Source: Rhina ancylostomus (taxonomy: Eukaryota). Taken from it: DNA of 64,000 nt. Below the pieces are notes generated by a model. It was given only the letters and a program-made list of their open reading frames with translations, was not told the DNA's origin and did no database searches. Of the stretch, positions 48,861-62,712 are shown piece by piece. The stretch covers positions 87,385,893 through 87,449,892 of the forward strand of contig JARFYF010000074.1 in assembly GCA_030265395.1 (NCBI GenBank), in the 5' to 3' direction. Numbering within the stretch: the first letter of the stretch is position 1; each line of letters starts with the position of its first letter. A program made the translations under genes and the position numbers.

Positions 48861-50419
48861 AAGAAATAGGAGTCCTAACTGTGAAAAAGTGGACAAAGGC
48901 TTTTCCTTCTCTAGCTCTGTTCATGCAAAGCTAACAGAGGAATTCAGGTGGATCATAGTGTAAATGACTCAATGATAGTTGCAAAAAAGTTAAGAGCGAA
49001 TTATGAGACGATAGGTCCACAGCTAGGTATTGAGAATTGCCAAGACTGAGACAGGGAATGGGGACACTGGTGAAAGTCAACTAGGGCGAGAGTATAGGGA
49101 TAGGGAGTTGGATAAAGCAATTGAGTATAGGGTGGGAAGGGAAAGGATGGAGAAGTGCCTGGAAGCACCAAACATGAAGAGGTGGGGACATGTACCAAGT
49201 AAAACTTAAAGGGGTCATCTACGAGAAGATTGGTACTTCAGATTCACTGGCAGAATTCCAGGTAAAAGGATCTCAGAGAATTATGTCAAAGACTATCGGT
49301 GGGATTTATTCTGGGAATCTTGGGCAACATCTACACCTAAAGAAATAGAATCTGGTCAACATCACACTGCTGTCTGTGGAATTTGCTACACATACAAACT
49401 GGCTATTGAATTTCCCACATTATTGCACAAAATCAAGAGTAGACCATTTAATCTTCAAAGCTGTTCTGCCATTTAATGAAATCATGCAAGGTTCCAATTT
49501 GAAGGAATGATTCCTGAATATATTTTATTCAAAAATTGAGTAGAAACTATCTGGTCCTGGGGTAGTTGTAAAGCTTTAGGATATTATTTCATTACTGTTA
49601 CTTTATGTATTAACACTGATGTATTAACAGTATTAACACTGATGTTAATTTAGCAAGTCTCTGCACCCAATTCATTATTCATTTCCTAATATTTCTTTTT
49701 TCTAATTAACATCAATATCAAAATAATTTGCTTTTAATAAGGCTTCTTTTTATTCATACTCCTTTTCATACATCTATCACCTTTTTGTTGTTCATTGAAT
49801 CTCTCCCATTCACCAGGATTAATCCTAATTTCTGCCTCTCATACATTTTTTAATGTTGTCCCTTACCTCTTGGTCTTTAGCCCTTTTTATGTCAAGCAAA
49901 GTACTTTCACCTTAGGAACGTGAAGTATATTAAAATCTTTTTTGAACATCTCCAACCACCCTGGTTCACGATTTGCTCGGTTTACCCTGGATAGGCTCTG
50001 ACTCATCACATGGAAGTCAATCCCATTGAATGGTAGAATGTTCATGCCCATTTCATTTTTCTTCCTTTCAAACATTATATTATGATTATAATATTATCAT
50101 CACTATTGGGTAAATATTTATGCAAAGACTGGACAAACCAAATTAGCAGTGTGGAGGATGAAATCATGTGTTGTGAAAGATGTGGTTTTCTAGATCAGCA
50201 TTGCTGAGAAAACAACAAGAGGCTATTTTAAAATCTAGCATGCTATACTGGGAAAGAGTTTAGTGATGATTTGGTAGTGAAGGGACCTTTAGGGAACTAT
50301 AGTCATACCTTGCTGCAATTTTATATAAAAGATTGAAAGTGTGTTGGTTCAATGTGAAGTCAGAGTCCGAATAAAACAAACTACAAAAGTGTTTGAGGCT
50401 TTTCCGATATTTTCTGGAG

Positions 50420-51440
50420 TTGTCCCTTTATTCAAAAAGGGCAGTCTGGAAAAGCCTCAAAACTGCAGACTGGTAAGCTTTTAATCAGTGGTAGGGAACT
50501 TGTTGGAGAAGATTCTGAGGGACAGGATTTTCGTTCACTTGCAAAGCCAGGGACTGAATAGGTGTCAGCATGGTTTTGTGCAGGGGAGATCATGTCTCAT
50601 GTATTTGATTGGTTCTTTTTTGAGGAGGTAACAAAGAAAATTGATGAAGGCAGAACAGTAGATGTGTTTTACATGGACTTTAGTAAGGGTTCTTGCAAGG
50701 TTCCACAAGATCCCACATGGCTGATCCAAAAGGTTAAGGCACAAGAGATCCAAGGCATGTTGGCAAAGTGGATTCAAAATTGGCTTGGAGATAGGAGGCA
50801 GAGGGTAGTGGTGTTTTTCTGACTGGGAATCTGTAACAATCTGTGGTGTACCACAGAGATAGGTGCTGGGAACCTCAATGACTTGGATGAGAATGTAGGC
50901 GCTAAGATTAGTAAGTTTACAGACAACACAAAAAATTGGAGTTGTAGAAGACTGTCTAAGGATACAGCAGGACATAGATCAACTGGAAAGTTGGGCAGAG
51001 CAGTAGCAGATGGATAATCCAGACAATGAAGCAATGCATTTTGGCAGGTCAATTTCAAATTCTAGAAGGACAAACAGAATAAATAGCAGGGATCTTGGGA
51101 GCATTGATATACAGAGAGACCTTGGGGTGCAAGTCCACAGCTTATTGAAAATGGTAACACAGATGGGTAGGGTAGTGGAAAGAGGCATTTGGTATGTTTG
51201 CCTTCACAGGCTGAGGCATTAAGATTTGGGATATTATGTTGCATTTTATAAAACATTAGTCAGACTGTACTTAGAGTATTGTGTACAGTTCTGGTTGCTA
51301 TATTATAAGAAGGATATGGTAGCAATAGGGAAAGTGCAGAGGAGATTCACCATGATGCTTCTGGAATGGATATCTGTAGTTATAAGGAGAGATTGAATAG
51401 ACTGGGTTTATTCTCCATTTCCGTGCTGTACAACTCTATG
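50420..51440 (+). mobile_element. Decayed CR1 RT fragment
   Basis: ORFs encode FFEEVTKKIDEGRTVDVFYMDFSK, WIQNWLGDRRQRVVV and QRDLGVQVHSLLK. Confidence 0.85.
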
Positions 51441-52059
51441 ATTTACTTTCTTTGTGTGTTAGATGTGCCCAATAAAACATTAGAGGAAGAATCTTCATGT
51501 TATATCCTGCCAGGACTATAGAGCAGCCGGCTGCTCTATTACTCTTTCCCTTCAGGATGATTCAAGAGACAACCATCTGGAAGAAGTGCATTAAATGAGC
51601 CACGGGACATAAACATCCAGGAATATCTGGAGTAGAACATAAGGAGCAAAACATTACAAAAAGGAAAAAAAAAACACTTTAAAAAGATAAATGTGAAAAC
51701 CCTCATTGAATGTTTTTAAAAAACAGCAATTATGGAATCCTAGCCTTGCATCCATTTCAGAAACAAAATAAATTAAAATAGTACATGACAGAAATACACA
51801 GCAATACAAGCAGCATCTAAAATAGGGGAAAAGGTCAAGGAAATTTGTTTTCTGATGTTGAGCAAGTTACTATTTTGAACATTACCATCTTCAATGCCTA
51901 GCTTGAAAATTTAGCTTAATGTTTAGATTCTTAATATTTAATGTAATTTACACTGTAATAGTAACAGAAGAGCAATTATAACGAACTTAGTAAAGTTCAG
52001 ATTTGTGTTGGCAAGATAATCCAAGACAAATAGAGAAACTATCCATCTTAGCTTTCTTC

Positions 52060-53930
52060 TGAGATCACCACCATTACAGAAGTCAGCCTCCAGCTAAGTC
52101 CATTTCACTTCACATGGTATCAATAAACAGCTGACAGCACTGGATACTGCAGCTACAAGACCAGATAACCTCTCAGCTGTAGTACTGGAGACCAACACTC
52201 CAGAACTAGCTGCACCTCTAGCCAAGCTGTTCCAGTACAGTTATAACACTGGCATCCAACAGTCAGTGGGGAAAATTATTCACATCCCATTCACAAAAAG
52301 CAGGACAAATACAATCTAGCAAATTACTGTCCAATCAGTTCACTCTCAATCATGCGCAAAATGATGGAAGGTGTTGGCGGTTCTATTGTATTGCTCTATG
52401 GTTCTTCTATGGTTCTATCAATAAGCTACTCACTGATGCCCAATTTGGGTTTCATCAGGCCTGCTTGGCTCCAGACATTATCATGGCTTTGGCCCAAAAA
52501 TGGACCAAGGGACTGAAATCCAGAGGTTAGGCGAGGCAAAAGTGACTTGCCTGCACAAGGTAAAATTTCACTGAGTTTTGCATCAGGAAAACTGAAGTCA
52601 ATAGGAATCAAAGGAAAAATATTCCCTGTGCGAGTGGAGTCATAGCTCACACAAAGGAAGATGGCTGCGGTTCTTGAAAATCAATAATCCCAGCCCCAGA
52701 AATTGGAGTTCCTCAGGACAGTTACTTAGGTCCAACCATCTTCAGCTGCTATATCAATAAGCCTCTTTCCAGCTTTAAGTCAGAATGATGTTAAGTTCTG
52801 TTTGCAACACTCAGTACATGAAACTTCCCATGCCTGCATGTAATAAGCCCTACACCACATTCAGTCATGTGTTGATCAGTGGCAAGTAACATTTGCACCA
52901 CAGAAACATCAAGCAATGGCTATCCCCAACAAGAGAGAGTCTAACCACCCACCATTGGCATTCAATCTCATTGCCATTACTTGGTCCATCACCATCAATA
53001 TCCAGGGTATCACTATTGACCAGAAGCTCAATCAGACTGGTCACATTTTTGTTGGTACAAAAATAGAGGCTGGATATACCGTGGTGAGTGACTCATCTCC
53101 TGACCCCATCAAGGCCTTTTCATCATCTACTTCCGGCACATATCAGGAGCACGTTGGAATATTCTCCACTTACCTGGATGAGTGCAGTTCCAAACATTTG
53201 CAAAAAGCTTGACACCACCCAGGACAAAGCACCCTGTTTGATTGGCACACCATTAACCATTCTCTTCCCCACCAGCACATCGTGGCTGCGGTGTGTACCA
53301 TCTACCAAATGCACTGCAGTTACCTGCCCAGGCTCCTCTCACTGCACGGCTCAAACCAGTCACCTCCACCACCAAGAAGCACAAGTGTAGCAGATGCATG
53401 GAACCACCACCACCCACAGGTTCCCTTTCAAATCATGCACCATACTGACTTGGAAATATATCACTACTCCTTCATTGTTGCTGGGTCTAACTACCCTGCT
53501 CAGTTATTACAGCTGCTGCCTCATAGCTTCAGTGACCCATATTCAATCCCAATTTGTAGTGCTGTCTATATGGAGTTTGCACATTCTCTCACTGATGCAA
53601 GGATTTCCTCCCATACCCCAAAGATGTGCAGATCGGTAGGTTATATGCCAGTGTAAATTATCTCTATAGGTGATTGGTAGAATATGGGGGGAGGTGGATT
53701 TGATGGGAGTGTGGGAGAATGAAGTGGGCTTAGAGAAAATAGTTGCCCAATGGTCGGCGTGGACTCGGTTGGCAGAAGGACACATGTCTGTGCTGTATTA
53801 CTTTAGGACAACAGCACAGTGGCAGTATCTTCACCAGAATATCAGCTACTGTTCAAGGTGGTGGGTCACCACCACTTCAACAATTAGGTATGGGCTATCA
53901 TTGCTGGCCTTGCCAGTGATGCCCAATTCC
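52060..53930 (+). mobile_element. CR1/L2-group LINE (second family), RT to 3' end, with a nested V-SINE (~53490-53805)
   Basis: ccagaactagctgcacctctagccaagctgttccagtacag (PELAAPLAKLFQYS), ggagttcctcaggacag (GVPQ) and ORF AHIRSTLEYSPLTWMSA..KKLDTTQDKA. A further decayed copy lies at ~42300-42870. Confidence 0.8.
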
Positions 53931-54529
53931 TAAAAACATACAGCAGATAATGCTGGATAGTAATAGGGGTAGAGCCAGCATATAGAGAAGACAACTAAAA
54001 TGTGTATTTTAAATAGAAGAAGTGTCATGCCAGTAAAATGTGGCTGACATTTTATTTTTCCACTTTAGGAATACACTTAAAATGTATTAGAGGACAAGAC
54101 AAAACTTTAACATATAGAATTTACTACCAATACAGAAAATCAAGGTAACTGAGAAATGTTAAATTTAACTGCATAGAAAATAGATGTTGCAAAAAAAAAA
54201 TCCCTGACATTACTGGGTTTGGCATTCATTCAGCTTGTTTAAATTCCCACTGGGTACTCTGAAGGATAACCCCTGTTATTCTTAACTGGGTTAAGAAATG
54301 TACAACCTCTAGGAATAACTTTGCTTTGGAAATATCTAGTTATTAGTTTGAATATTCTCTGGCTGGAATTTTAATTGATGACAGTAAAGCTTTCCTTCAG
54401 ACAAAGGAAGCAATTAAGCCTTTTAGCCTTAAGTATAGAATCAGATGTACTATGCACAGGAAACACAACTTAATATAGCATTCAGTAACACCCCTATTGT
54501 CATAAATTGTTGACGATGGACCGGAAAGG

Positions 54530-54532
<3 letters not shown>

Positions 54533-54560
<28 letters not shown>
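54533..54560. repeat. (CA)n microsatellite
   Basis: Direct reading. Confidence 0.95.
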
Positions 54561-54562
<2 letters not shown>

Positions 54563-54888
54563 ATTCTTGTACACAAGGTTATCAGTCTGTTTCAAATACT
54601 GACCACAGAATTTTTAACTCATATTATATGTTAGCTTATATGTTAACTGAGGACAAAACAAAGCTGGTTATATTTTCATTTCCTTTTTTTTCCAAATCTG
54701 AAATGTTTTCATAGGATAAAATGTTGGAAGGCATATCCATGAACTTTACAAGGAAAAGGAAATTCCATGCTCAACAAATTTTTATGCTTTTTTCCTCATG
54801 ATTACAGAGGCGAGTTTGATTGTGGGGAGGCATGGTTATTGCACCTGTATTCTCAGCAAGAGATCCACGCCATTTTGATCAAAATAAT

Positions 54889-54995
54889 CAGAATGTTGGA
54901 AGAACTCAGTGGGTCAAAGAACATCCATGGAGACATGCATCCATCCTTTGCCTCCACAGATGCTGCTTGACTCACTGAGTTCTTCCGGTGTTCTG
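54889..54995. repeat. Hairpin made of two inverted Penelope termini
   Basis: cagaatgttggaagaactcagtgggtcaa... / ...ttgactcactgagttcttccggtgttctg. Confidence 0.8.
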
Positions 54996-57179
54996 TCTTT
55001 TTTAATTCCCATTTCCAGAATCTGCAGTCTCTTTTGTCTTCAAGCAATTTTGANNNNNNNNNNNNNNNNNNNNNNNNNNNNNNNNNNNNNNNNNNNNNNN
55101 CACAGACTACTTGCTTGGGGTGAAGTGGGTATCTGGTAACCTCCCACTGAAGCTATTAAAGCATAAAGAAAAAGACACAGGAAAAGTAGCAGCAATGCTC
55201 ATCATTCAGTTTTTCTACAAATCACATACTATTGGATCTGCAATTAGTGAATTTTCATTAATGTTCTATGTAGATATTTACAAGAATGGCAAGAGTCATT
55301 ATCCATTGGTAAATGTCAAACAACAAACAAATTATAACTGCAAACATAGAATGAGTAAAAATACAGCTTTAGTTCAAAGATATCAGACTGGTTTAGAACT
55401 ATTTATTGCAGCAGTTACATGAAACAATAAAATTCTTTTTTGGATAAAGTACTAGGAAAAAAGTCTTAAAATATTAATTGTCAGGTTTTTAAAAGGAATC
55501 TGTTAATTGAAATTAAAATGAGCATTTTCATATTTGGAAATAGTGAAGTTTTAAGGAGAAGTATGTTGGCAAAAATAAGTTAGCTAATGCAAACCTAACA
55601 CAGACTGCTAAAAATTCTGCTCAGGTTTCCACGCAGCATGAGAAAGAAAGGGAGAAAGTGATGAATGAATGACCTGTACAACAACTATCTCTAATAGGGA
55701 GCTTCTACTCATCAGATGAAACATGTGAATAATTGAATCATTCACATGGTTAATCTAAATCCCAATTAAGATTCCACTTTGATGCTCACTAGTTCTCCCT
55801 TTAAGTTAAGTTGGCAATGTACAACAGCATATTGGTAACAGGAATAATACAAAATACAACTTACTCATTTACAAAAGTTACAGTCAACACCACATAGAAT
55901 TTTTCTTCAAGTTTTATTCTAAAACCCTGATAGTAGATCTGATTGCACATTAGACAGTTAATATTTGCTTCACCTATCTCTATCTTTGTGATGATAGATG
56001 GAAGAATATTGTTGACTATACCTACAGAAAACAGTAGAGATAAGTTCAAGGAAAGAATAATTAATTAAATATACTCAAGATGTGAGCAGCACAAGGGTCA
56101 TCAAGGATACAAAAATGGGGAGAATCAAGGTAGATGTCAGAAATTAAGAAAGAGTGTAATCTGTAAGTATTTGGAATGATTTCACTGGAGTAGATTAAGA
56201 TAACTGATATTCAAGAGATGTTTTTAACACAGAAGGCTTTTGAAAGGACAGGTGACTATATTCTTTTGTTGACAAGAATGAGAAGATGTTACTAACTTAT
56301 CACCAAGAAAGTGGGCAAAGATCCTAGGAAAGTTATGGATGCACAGTTATTAAGAACATGATTGCTTCACCACAGTGAGTGGTTGACGGTTTATAAGGGA
56401 AAGTACATTTTTCACAAAAGGTACAAGTGTTTTCACAACATTGAAAGAATATATTAAGAAAAATCAAGAAAGAAACAAAGTCAAAGAAACTGAGTTTTTA
56501 AAACTGTAAAATGTCTCAATGTGGCAGAATTAACAAAATTACTTATCTACTAATATAATTTTTCCAATAGTTAACTTTATGAAAACTTCTAAATGATGCT
56601 TGCAGCTACAAAGAAAAAAATGCAATGGCGAATGCACAATTACATCGTTAAATAGCAGTAAGGATTACTTGTTGCAGCAACTGGAATTGTTTATAAGGCC
56701 TACAATTCATGGTGTAGACTGTAACATCATGCTACTTTCCAACTTCCAGACAGCTATCCTATATGTGTTTTCTTTTTGTATAGGAGGTCTGATTTAATTG
56801 AACATTGCCTCACTTGAATAATAGGGGTTTAATCAACTTATGACGACATTCTACAGTGTACAGGCTAACTAAGCAAACAGATCTGCTCATTTTCTGAAAT
56901 CTGTGTTTAAAATTAAATGTATGTTAACTTTTTACATCCTGAAGTAATTATCTCTTTCTTGGGAAAATAGCAATTTTGAAAAAGTTACAGTAAAGTCACT
57001 GATCTAGACGTGTTGAGTGGAATCTGCTGCCCACATTGGACCCTTGGATTCCCCATAGCCACACACCGTCTGCTTGTTGGAAGTGGACTGGACCTGACTG
57101 GTGAAGCACTTGTTGCACAATACGATCAAGTCACTTGTACCGACTGGAGAAGCCCCACTCATTAATCTCCAGAACACTA

Positions 57180-58015
57180 ATGGAAACAGGAGCAGAGCAT
57201 GCATCCCCTCATGCCTGCTCCAACTTTCAGGAAAATCATGGCTGAACTTTTATGTTGCTTTGCTGAACTAACCAATATCCTTTGTTAATACCCTTAATAT
57301 CTAGAAATCCATTAACTTTTGTTTTGAATACTCAGCCAGAGCAATCATAGCACTCTTGGGTGGAGAATTTTAATAGTTTACTACCTTCTGGGTGAAGACA
57401 TTTATTCTCATGAATGACTGACCCATTACTTTGAGACTGACAACCCAGGTTCTACAGACTGCAGCTGGAGGAACATTAACTCCACTTTACCCTGTCAGCA
57501 TGTATAAGAATTTTATTGTGTTTCATTGAGTTCATCTCTCATTCTTTCAAACTTGAAAGCATAGATTCAGCCACATATTCTTGAGAGAAACCAGTCACCC
57601 CAGGAATCAATCTGGTGAACCTTTGATGCACTCCTACTATATCCTGCATTAGTTAGAGAGACCAGACTTTATACACATTATTCCATCTACAGTCTCACCA
57701 GGGCCCCTTTGCTAACTGGAGAAAGCAGTCTGTGTTTGAACTCAAATCCTCTCATAATAAAAGGGCCAACATATCACTCGTCTTCCTAATTGCTTGCTGA
57801 ACCTGCATATTAACGTTAAATGACTCACGTGCAAGGATGCCTAGGTCTCTTTGAACTCCAACCTTCCAATCACTCACCATTTAAAAGTAAACTTTATCCC
57901 CCTCTATCAAAGTGAAATAATCTCACATTTTTCCACATCATATTCCATCCGTCTTGTCCTTGCCCATTCACTTAACATGTGTATCCATCTCCCAGTGTCT
58001 CTGAATCCTCCTTGC
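57180..58015 (-). mobile_element. Decayed CR1 3' portion
   Basis: Reverse-complement CR1 3' features (gggtggagaatttt..tttactaccttctgggtgaagacattt; tcttcctaattgcttgctgaacctgcat). Confidence 0.65.
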
Positions 58016-58029
58016 CTGTCCAATTTAGC

Positions 58030-58620
58030 TGGCTGAGTGTAACCAAGGCTACAAAACTGGAGATGTTGCCTGGGAAAAGACACTGATATTTACTCACTTG
58101 TCCTTCCAGTGAATTTGGAAGACTTGCAGAAATATTATAGGTAGAATCTTTCCAGTGTTTTGAGGTGCCTGCTATAGGTAATCCAGGTCTCAGAAGCATA
58201 TAGGGCAGGGATCACTGCTGACCCGTACCCAATGGGTATTGTGCCAGGTTTGATATCTTGATCTTCAAATACCCTTTCCTTCAGTTTATCAAAGGTTGTG
58301 CTGGCGCATAGAAGGCAATGGCAAATTCATTACTGAAGTCTGCCTTTGCCAAGAGGTGACTGCTGAGATATGAAGTGATCAACATTTTCCCAGGTCCTTT
58401 TGTCAGAAGGCAGTGTGGTGCTGCAGGGGCAGATTGATAGAGGACCTTTGTTTTGTTGAGAAGAAGTTCGATCCTCTCAGTGAACAAGTTGAAGACGACT
58501 TGAAGATGGGTGTCTGAGGACAGGCAAACACAAGTATCCTCTGCACACTGCAACTCAACTCCCGAGGTTCAGGTGACCTTGGTTCTGGAGACTGGTTGCC
58601 CTAGGTTGAAAAGTTTCTTT
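58030..58620 (-). mobile_element. RTE-clade LINE RT fragment
   Basis: ORF 58281..58553 reads (L)QCAEDTCVCLSSDTHLQVVFNLFTERIELLLNKTKVLYQSAP...YLSSHLLAKAD, resembling RTE LQYADD..AHS...LQ...L.LN..KTKVLYQP...YLGSHLS.KAD. Confidence 0.7.
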
Positions 58621-61507
58621 TACCACATGACAATTTGAAGGAAAATACACAGAGGTGCACCTGCCTCTATACCTCACTAAACCCTTTGGCTCCTTCAGTC
58701 ATGATGGACCATGTAACACTTTCATCTGGCAGCTGAATTTGACAAATTCTTCTTCACTTTACATTTACTGCTTTGCAGCATGCAACCATGATCCCATCTA
58801 ATGGCTCTACACAGATCAGAGTATCTTCAGTCTAATCTTTAACCATTTCTGCCTCCAACTTTTAAAGACACTTTTTGATATTTTATAACAATTGGATTAC
58901 TCAACAGAATGGCACAATAGAATTCAAATATTTAGTAACAAGATAAGAATTTCTACCACTGATGGAAACAAATTACAGATGCTACCTTAATAAATATGGT
59001 CTAATAACAAAATGGAAGTAACTCATGTACATTTTGCATTTAATTAAATTGAGATTTATATAGTTAGCTTTAAAAAAACAATATTGTAGAGACTATTATA
59101 CATTTCATGAATAAAATATTTTATTATTGANNNNNNNNNNNNNNNNNNNNNNNNNNNNNNNNNNNNNNNNNNNNNNNNNNNNNNNNNNNNNNNNNNNNNN
59201 NNNNNNNNNNNNNNNNNNNNNNNNNNNNNNNNNNNNNNNNNNNNNNNNNNNNNNNNNNNNNNNNNNNNNNNNNNNNNNNNNNNNNNNNNNNNNNNNNNNN
59301 NNNNNNNNNNNNNNNNNNNNNNNNNNNNNNNNNNNNNNNNNNNNNNNNNNNNNNNNNNNNNNNNNNNNNNNNNNNNNNNNNNNNNNNNNNNNNNNNNNNN
59401 NNNNNNNNNNNNNNNNNNNNNNNNNNNNNNNNNNNNNNNNNNNNNNNNNNNNNNNNNNNNNNNNNNNNNNNNNNNNNNNNNNNNNNNNNNNNNNNNNNNN
59501 NNNNNNNNNNNNNNNNNNNNNNNNNNNNNNNNTAAGTAAAGGAAACCAAGGAAACTGAGTCATAAGGCCTAGTGTTCACTTTTCGTTTTTTTTTGTCATC
59601 ATATTCCAAACCAGTGAAACTGTTCATATTAACACATTTGGATGTTGAGTAATTTAAATAATATGAAGAAATGACAATGTTTACAGTGGCACATTTTTGG
59701 ATAATTTATTCCACAAAATGCTAGAATAATGCACTTTTATAAAAAGTTTGTACAAAATTAATAAAAATGGTATTTGCCAAAACTTTCTGCTGCTATTATG
59801 CAAACTTCCAGCATTATTCATTGTTGCTTCTATTAATTACTACTCTTCAAATAAAGCACAATCACACTCAAAAACAGTAGCTAACTGAGCAAAACTAATT
59901 AGAGATTGTAAAAATGTATGTGAGAGATTAGGTTTCTGCCAACACTTTCTTCTGGCATCAATGGCTATTTCCATTTTGATTGTTTACATATGCAAAGGAG
60001 GGCCTAATAGGAGTCAGGTTTTTGTTTATTACATCCAAAGATACTAACGCCAGATACTAAGGCAGCATATCAGATGCCAAGTCTGGGGGCATCCTGCCCC
60101 ACAACCCCAAGTCAAATGTTTTAAAGACCCCCGTTTGATGTTATTACTTTTTATGATGTCTTTTTATAGAGCTGTACAGCACAGAAGTGGGCCCTTCAGC
60201 CCATCATGTCCATGCTGAACTTTTTACTTGTTTACACTAATCCCATTTGCCAGCATCAGGACTACATCCTTCTATGCCTTGCCTATTTAAGCGTCTGTCT
60301 AAGTGCCACTGAAACCTAGTAATTGCATCTGATTCCACCATCTCTTCTGGTGTTAGAACAGCCACCTTGGTTATAGAGTACTAAAAATTCAGCAGATGCA
60401 TTTCTCGTGATACCTACATCAGGCTCCTGGATCTCACTTTAATCCTCCTCCTCTTCCACTGCTCATTAGAAATAATGTAGAAGGGAAGTAAAGTTCTAAA
60501 ATATCTTGCTGTCATTGACCCCTAACAAATTTCCCAGCTTCTGTGGGAGCTGTCAAAAGAGCCTCCAAATGGTAAACATAACTTTAGCTATTTCTGAATG
60601 TGATCAACAATGCAGCCAGAACCCATCATATACTAAATCTAAGCTGATTAATTCTCTAGTTTGATATCATAGCTTGAAAAAAGTTTTATGGGGCAAAACA
60701 ATATGGCAAGAGAACTGGATTATTTTAGAGCAATGTTGCATGATATTGAGCAGCTCAATGTTTTTCACTTCAATTTGTGATACATTGCTTCTTCAAAACA
60801 ACATTCTTGGCCTTTGTTTATTGCAGGAAAAATATTCACCACACAATTGTTCATTTTTGATAACAGGGAATTCTTTTGGACTTCAAATATCCACATCTAC
60901 TGTTACAGCAATATTGTCCAAGTACTGACTTTTCAAGGCAATAATTGTTAGCTTGCAAAAGGTGGGAGTAGAATGGGCAATTGTTATTGCAATTAACAAT
61001 GTTTTATGCTGCACAGTAACAGCATCACATGCTTGGATGATTGTAAATTCTAATTTCTAAGGAAATAAACTTTTAATTTACAAAGAACAATTGTTAGAGA
61101 AACTCATTTTGCTATTCACAGTACAACATTTGAAACATTGGGAAATTGCACTCTGCATTTCTAGTGCAGCACATGTATTTTCATATAATGTTTTGGATTG
61201 CCGTGCATGTTTTCTTGCACGTTTGAGGACTTTACAGTATGATGAAACTAAATACTTTGTCTCCTAAGCAGTCTTTTGTACTCTTCCTTGAGCATTTACT
61301 TTGAGATTTATCAAACAAAGAAAACAGTTGGAGTTGAAGTCATAGTTGTTTGGACAGAAGGGGCCAAGTTCTTCTTTGAACTCAGGGTAATGGTTATATA
61401 TTTGGGAAAAAGAGAGGAGAATTGTGAGCAATACTAACTAACGTGAGAATCAGGGTGGGGAAGCAGGAATGTGGTTTAGTGTCATGGAAGGAGGTTGTTA
61501 AAAGTTC

Positions 61508-62712
61508 ATAAGACCATAAGACATAGGAGCAGAATTAAACCATTCAGCCCATCAAGTCTGACCTGCCATTCAGTCATGGCTGATTTATTTTTCCCCTCTC
61601 AACCTAATCTCCTGCCTTCTCCGTCACCTTTGACACCCTTACTAATCAAGAACCTATCAACCTCCCCTTTAAATATACCTAATGGCTTGGCCTCCACTGC
61701 CATGATTCATGTGCAATGAATTCCACAGATTCACCATCCTCTGGCTAAAGAAATTCCTTCTCATCTCTGTTCTAAAGGGACTTCCTTTTATTCTGAGGCT
61801 GTGCCCTCTGAGTTTCCAGTAGACTCTCTCACTACTGGAAACATCCTCTCCACGTCCACTCTATCCAGGCCTTTCAATATTTCAGCACATCCTTCCCTAG
61901 ATACAGGGCCCAAAACTGCTCACAATACTCCAAATGTGGTCTGACCAACACCTTATAAAGCCTCAACATTACATCCTTGCTTTTATATTCTAGTCCTTTT
62001 CAAGTGAATGCTAACATTGCATTTGCCTTCCTTACTACTGACTCAACCTGCAAGTTAACCTTTAGGGAATCCTGTACTAGGACTCCCAAGTCCCTTTGCA
62101 CCTCCAATTTCTGAATTCCCCATTAAGAAAATAGTCTACGCCTTTATTCCTTCTACCAAAATGCATGACCATACACTTCCCTATGTAGTATTCCATCTGC
62201 CACTTCTTTGCCTATTCTCCCAACCTGTCCAAGTCCTTCTGCAAACTCCCTTCTTCCTCAACACTACCTGTCCCTCCACCTATCTTTGTACCATCCACAA
62301 TCCTAGCCACAAAGCTATCAATTCCATCATCCAGATCATTAACATATAACATGAAAAGCAGTAGACCCAACAGTGACCTCTGCAGAACACCACGTCACCG
62401 GCAACCAACCAGAAAAGGCCCCCTTTATTCCCACTCTTTGCCTTCTGCCAGTCAGCCAATCTTCTATCCATGCTAGTACCTNNNNNNNNNNNNNNNNNNN
62501 NNNNNNNNNNNNNNNNNNNNNNNNNNNNNNNNNNNNNNNNNNNNNNNNNNNNNNNNNNNTACCATGGGCTCCTATCTTGTTTAGCAGCCTCATGTGTGGC
62601 ACCTTGTCAAAGGCCTTCTGAAAATCCAAGTAAACATCCACTGACTTTTTGTCTATCCTGCCTGCTACTTCCTCAAAGGATTTCAACAAATTTGTCAGAC
62701 AAGATCTCGCCA
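61508..62712 (-). mobile_element. 5'-truncated CR1 LINE, same subfamily as 9795-11391, in the NME7 intron
   Basis: ORF 62339..62713 reads RSCLTNLLKSFEEVAGRID..DVYLDFQKAFDKVPHMRLL. The tail cataagaccataagacataggagcagaatt is the reverse complement of 11362-11391. Confidence 0.92.

Noticed and set aside
49607-49645. Short local tandem duplications (also 42166-42192)
   Set aside because: Ordinary slippage duplications with no further structure.
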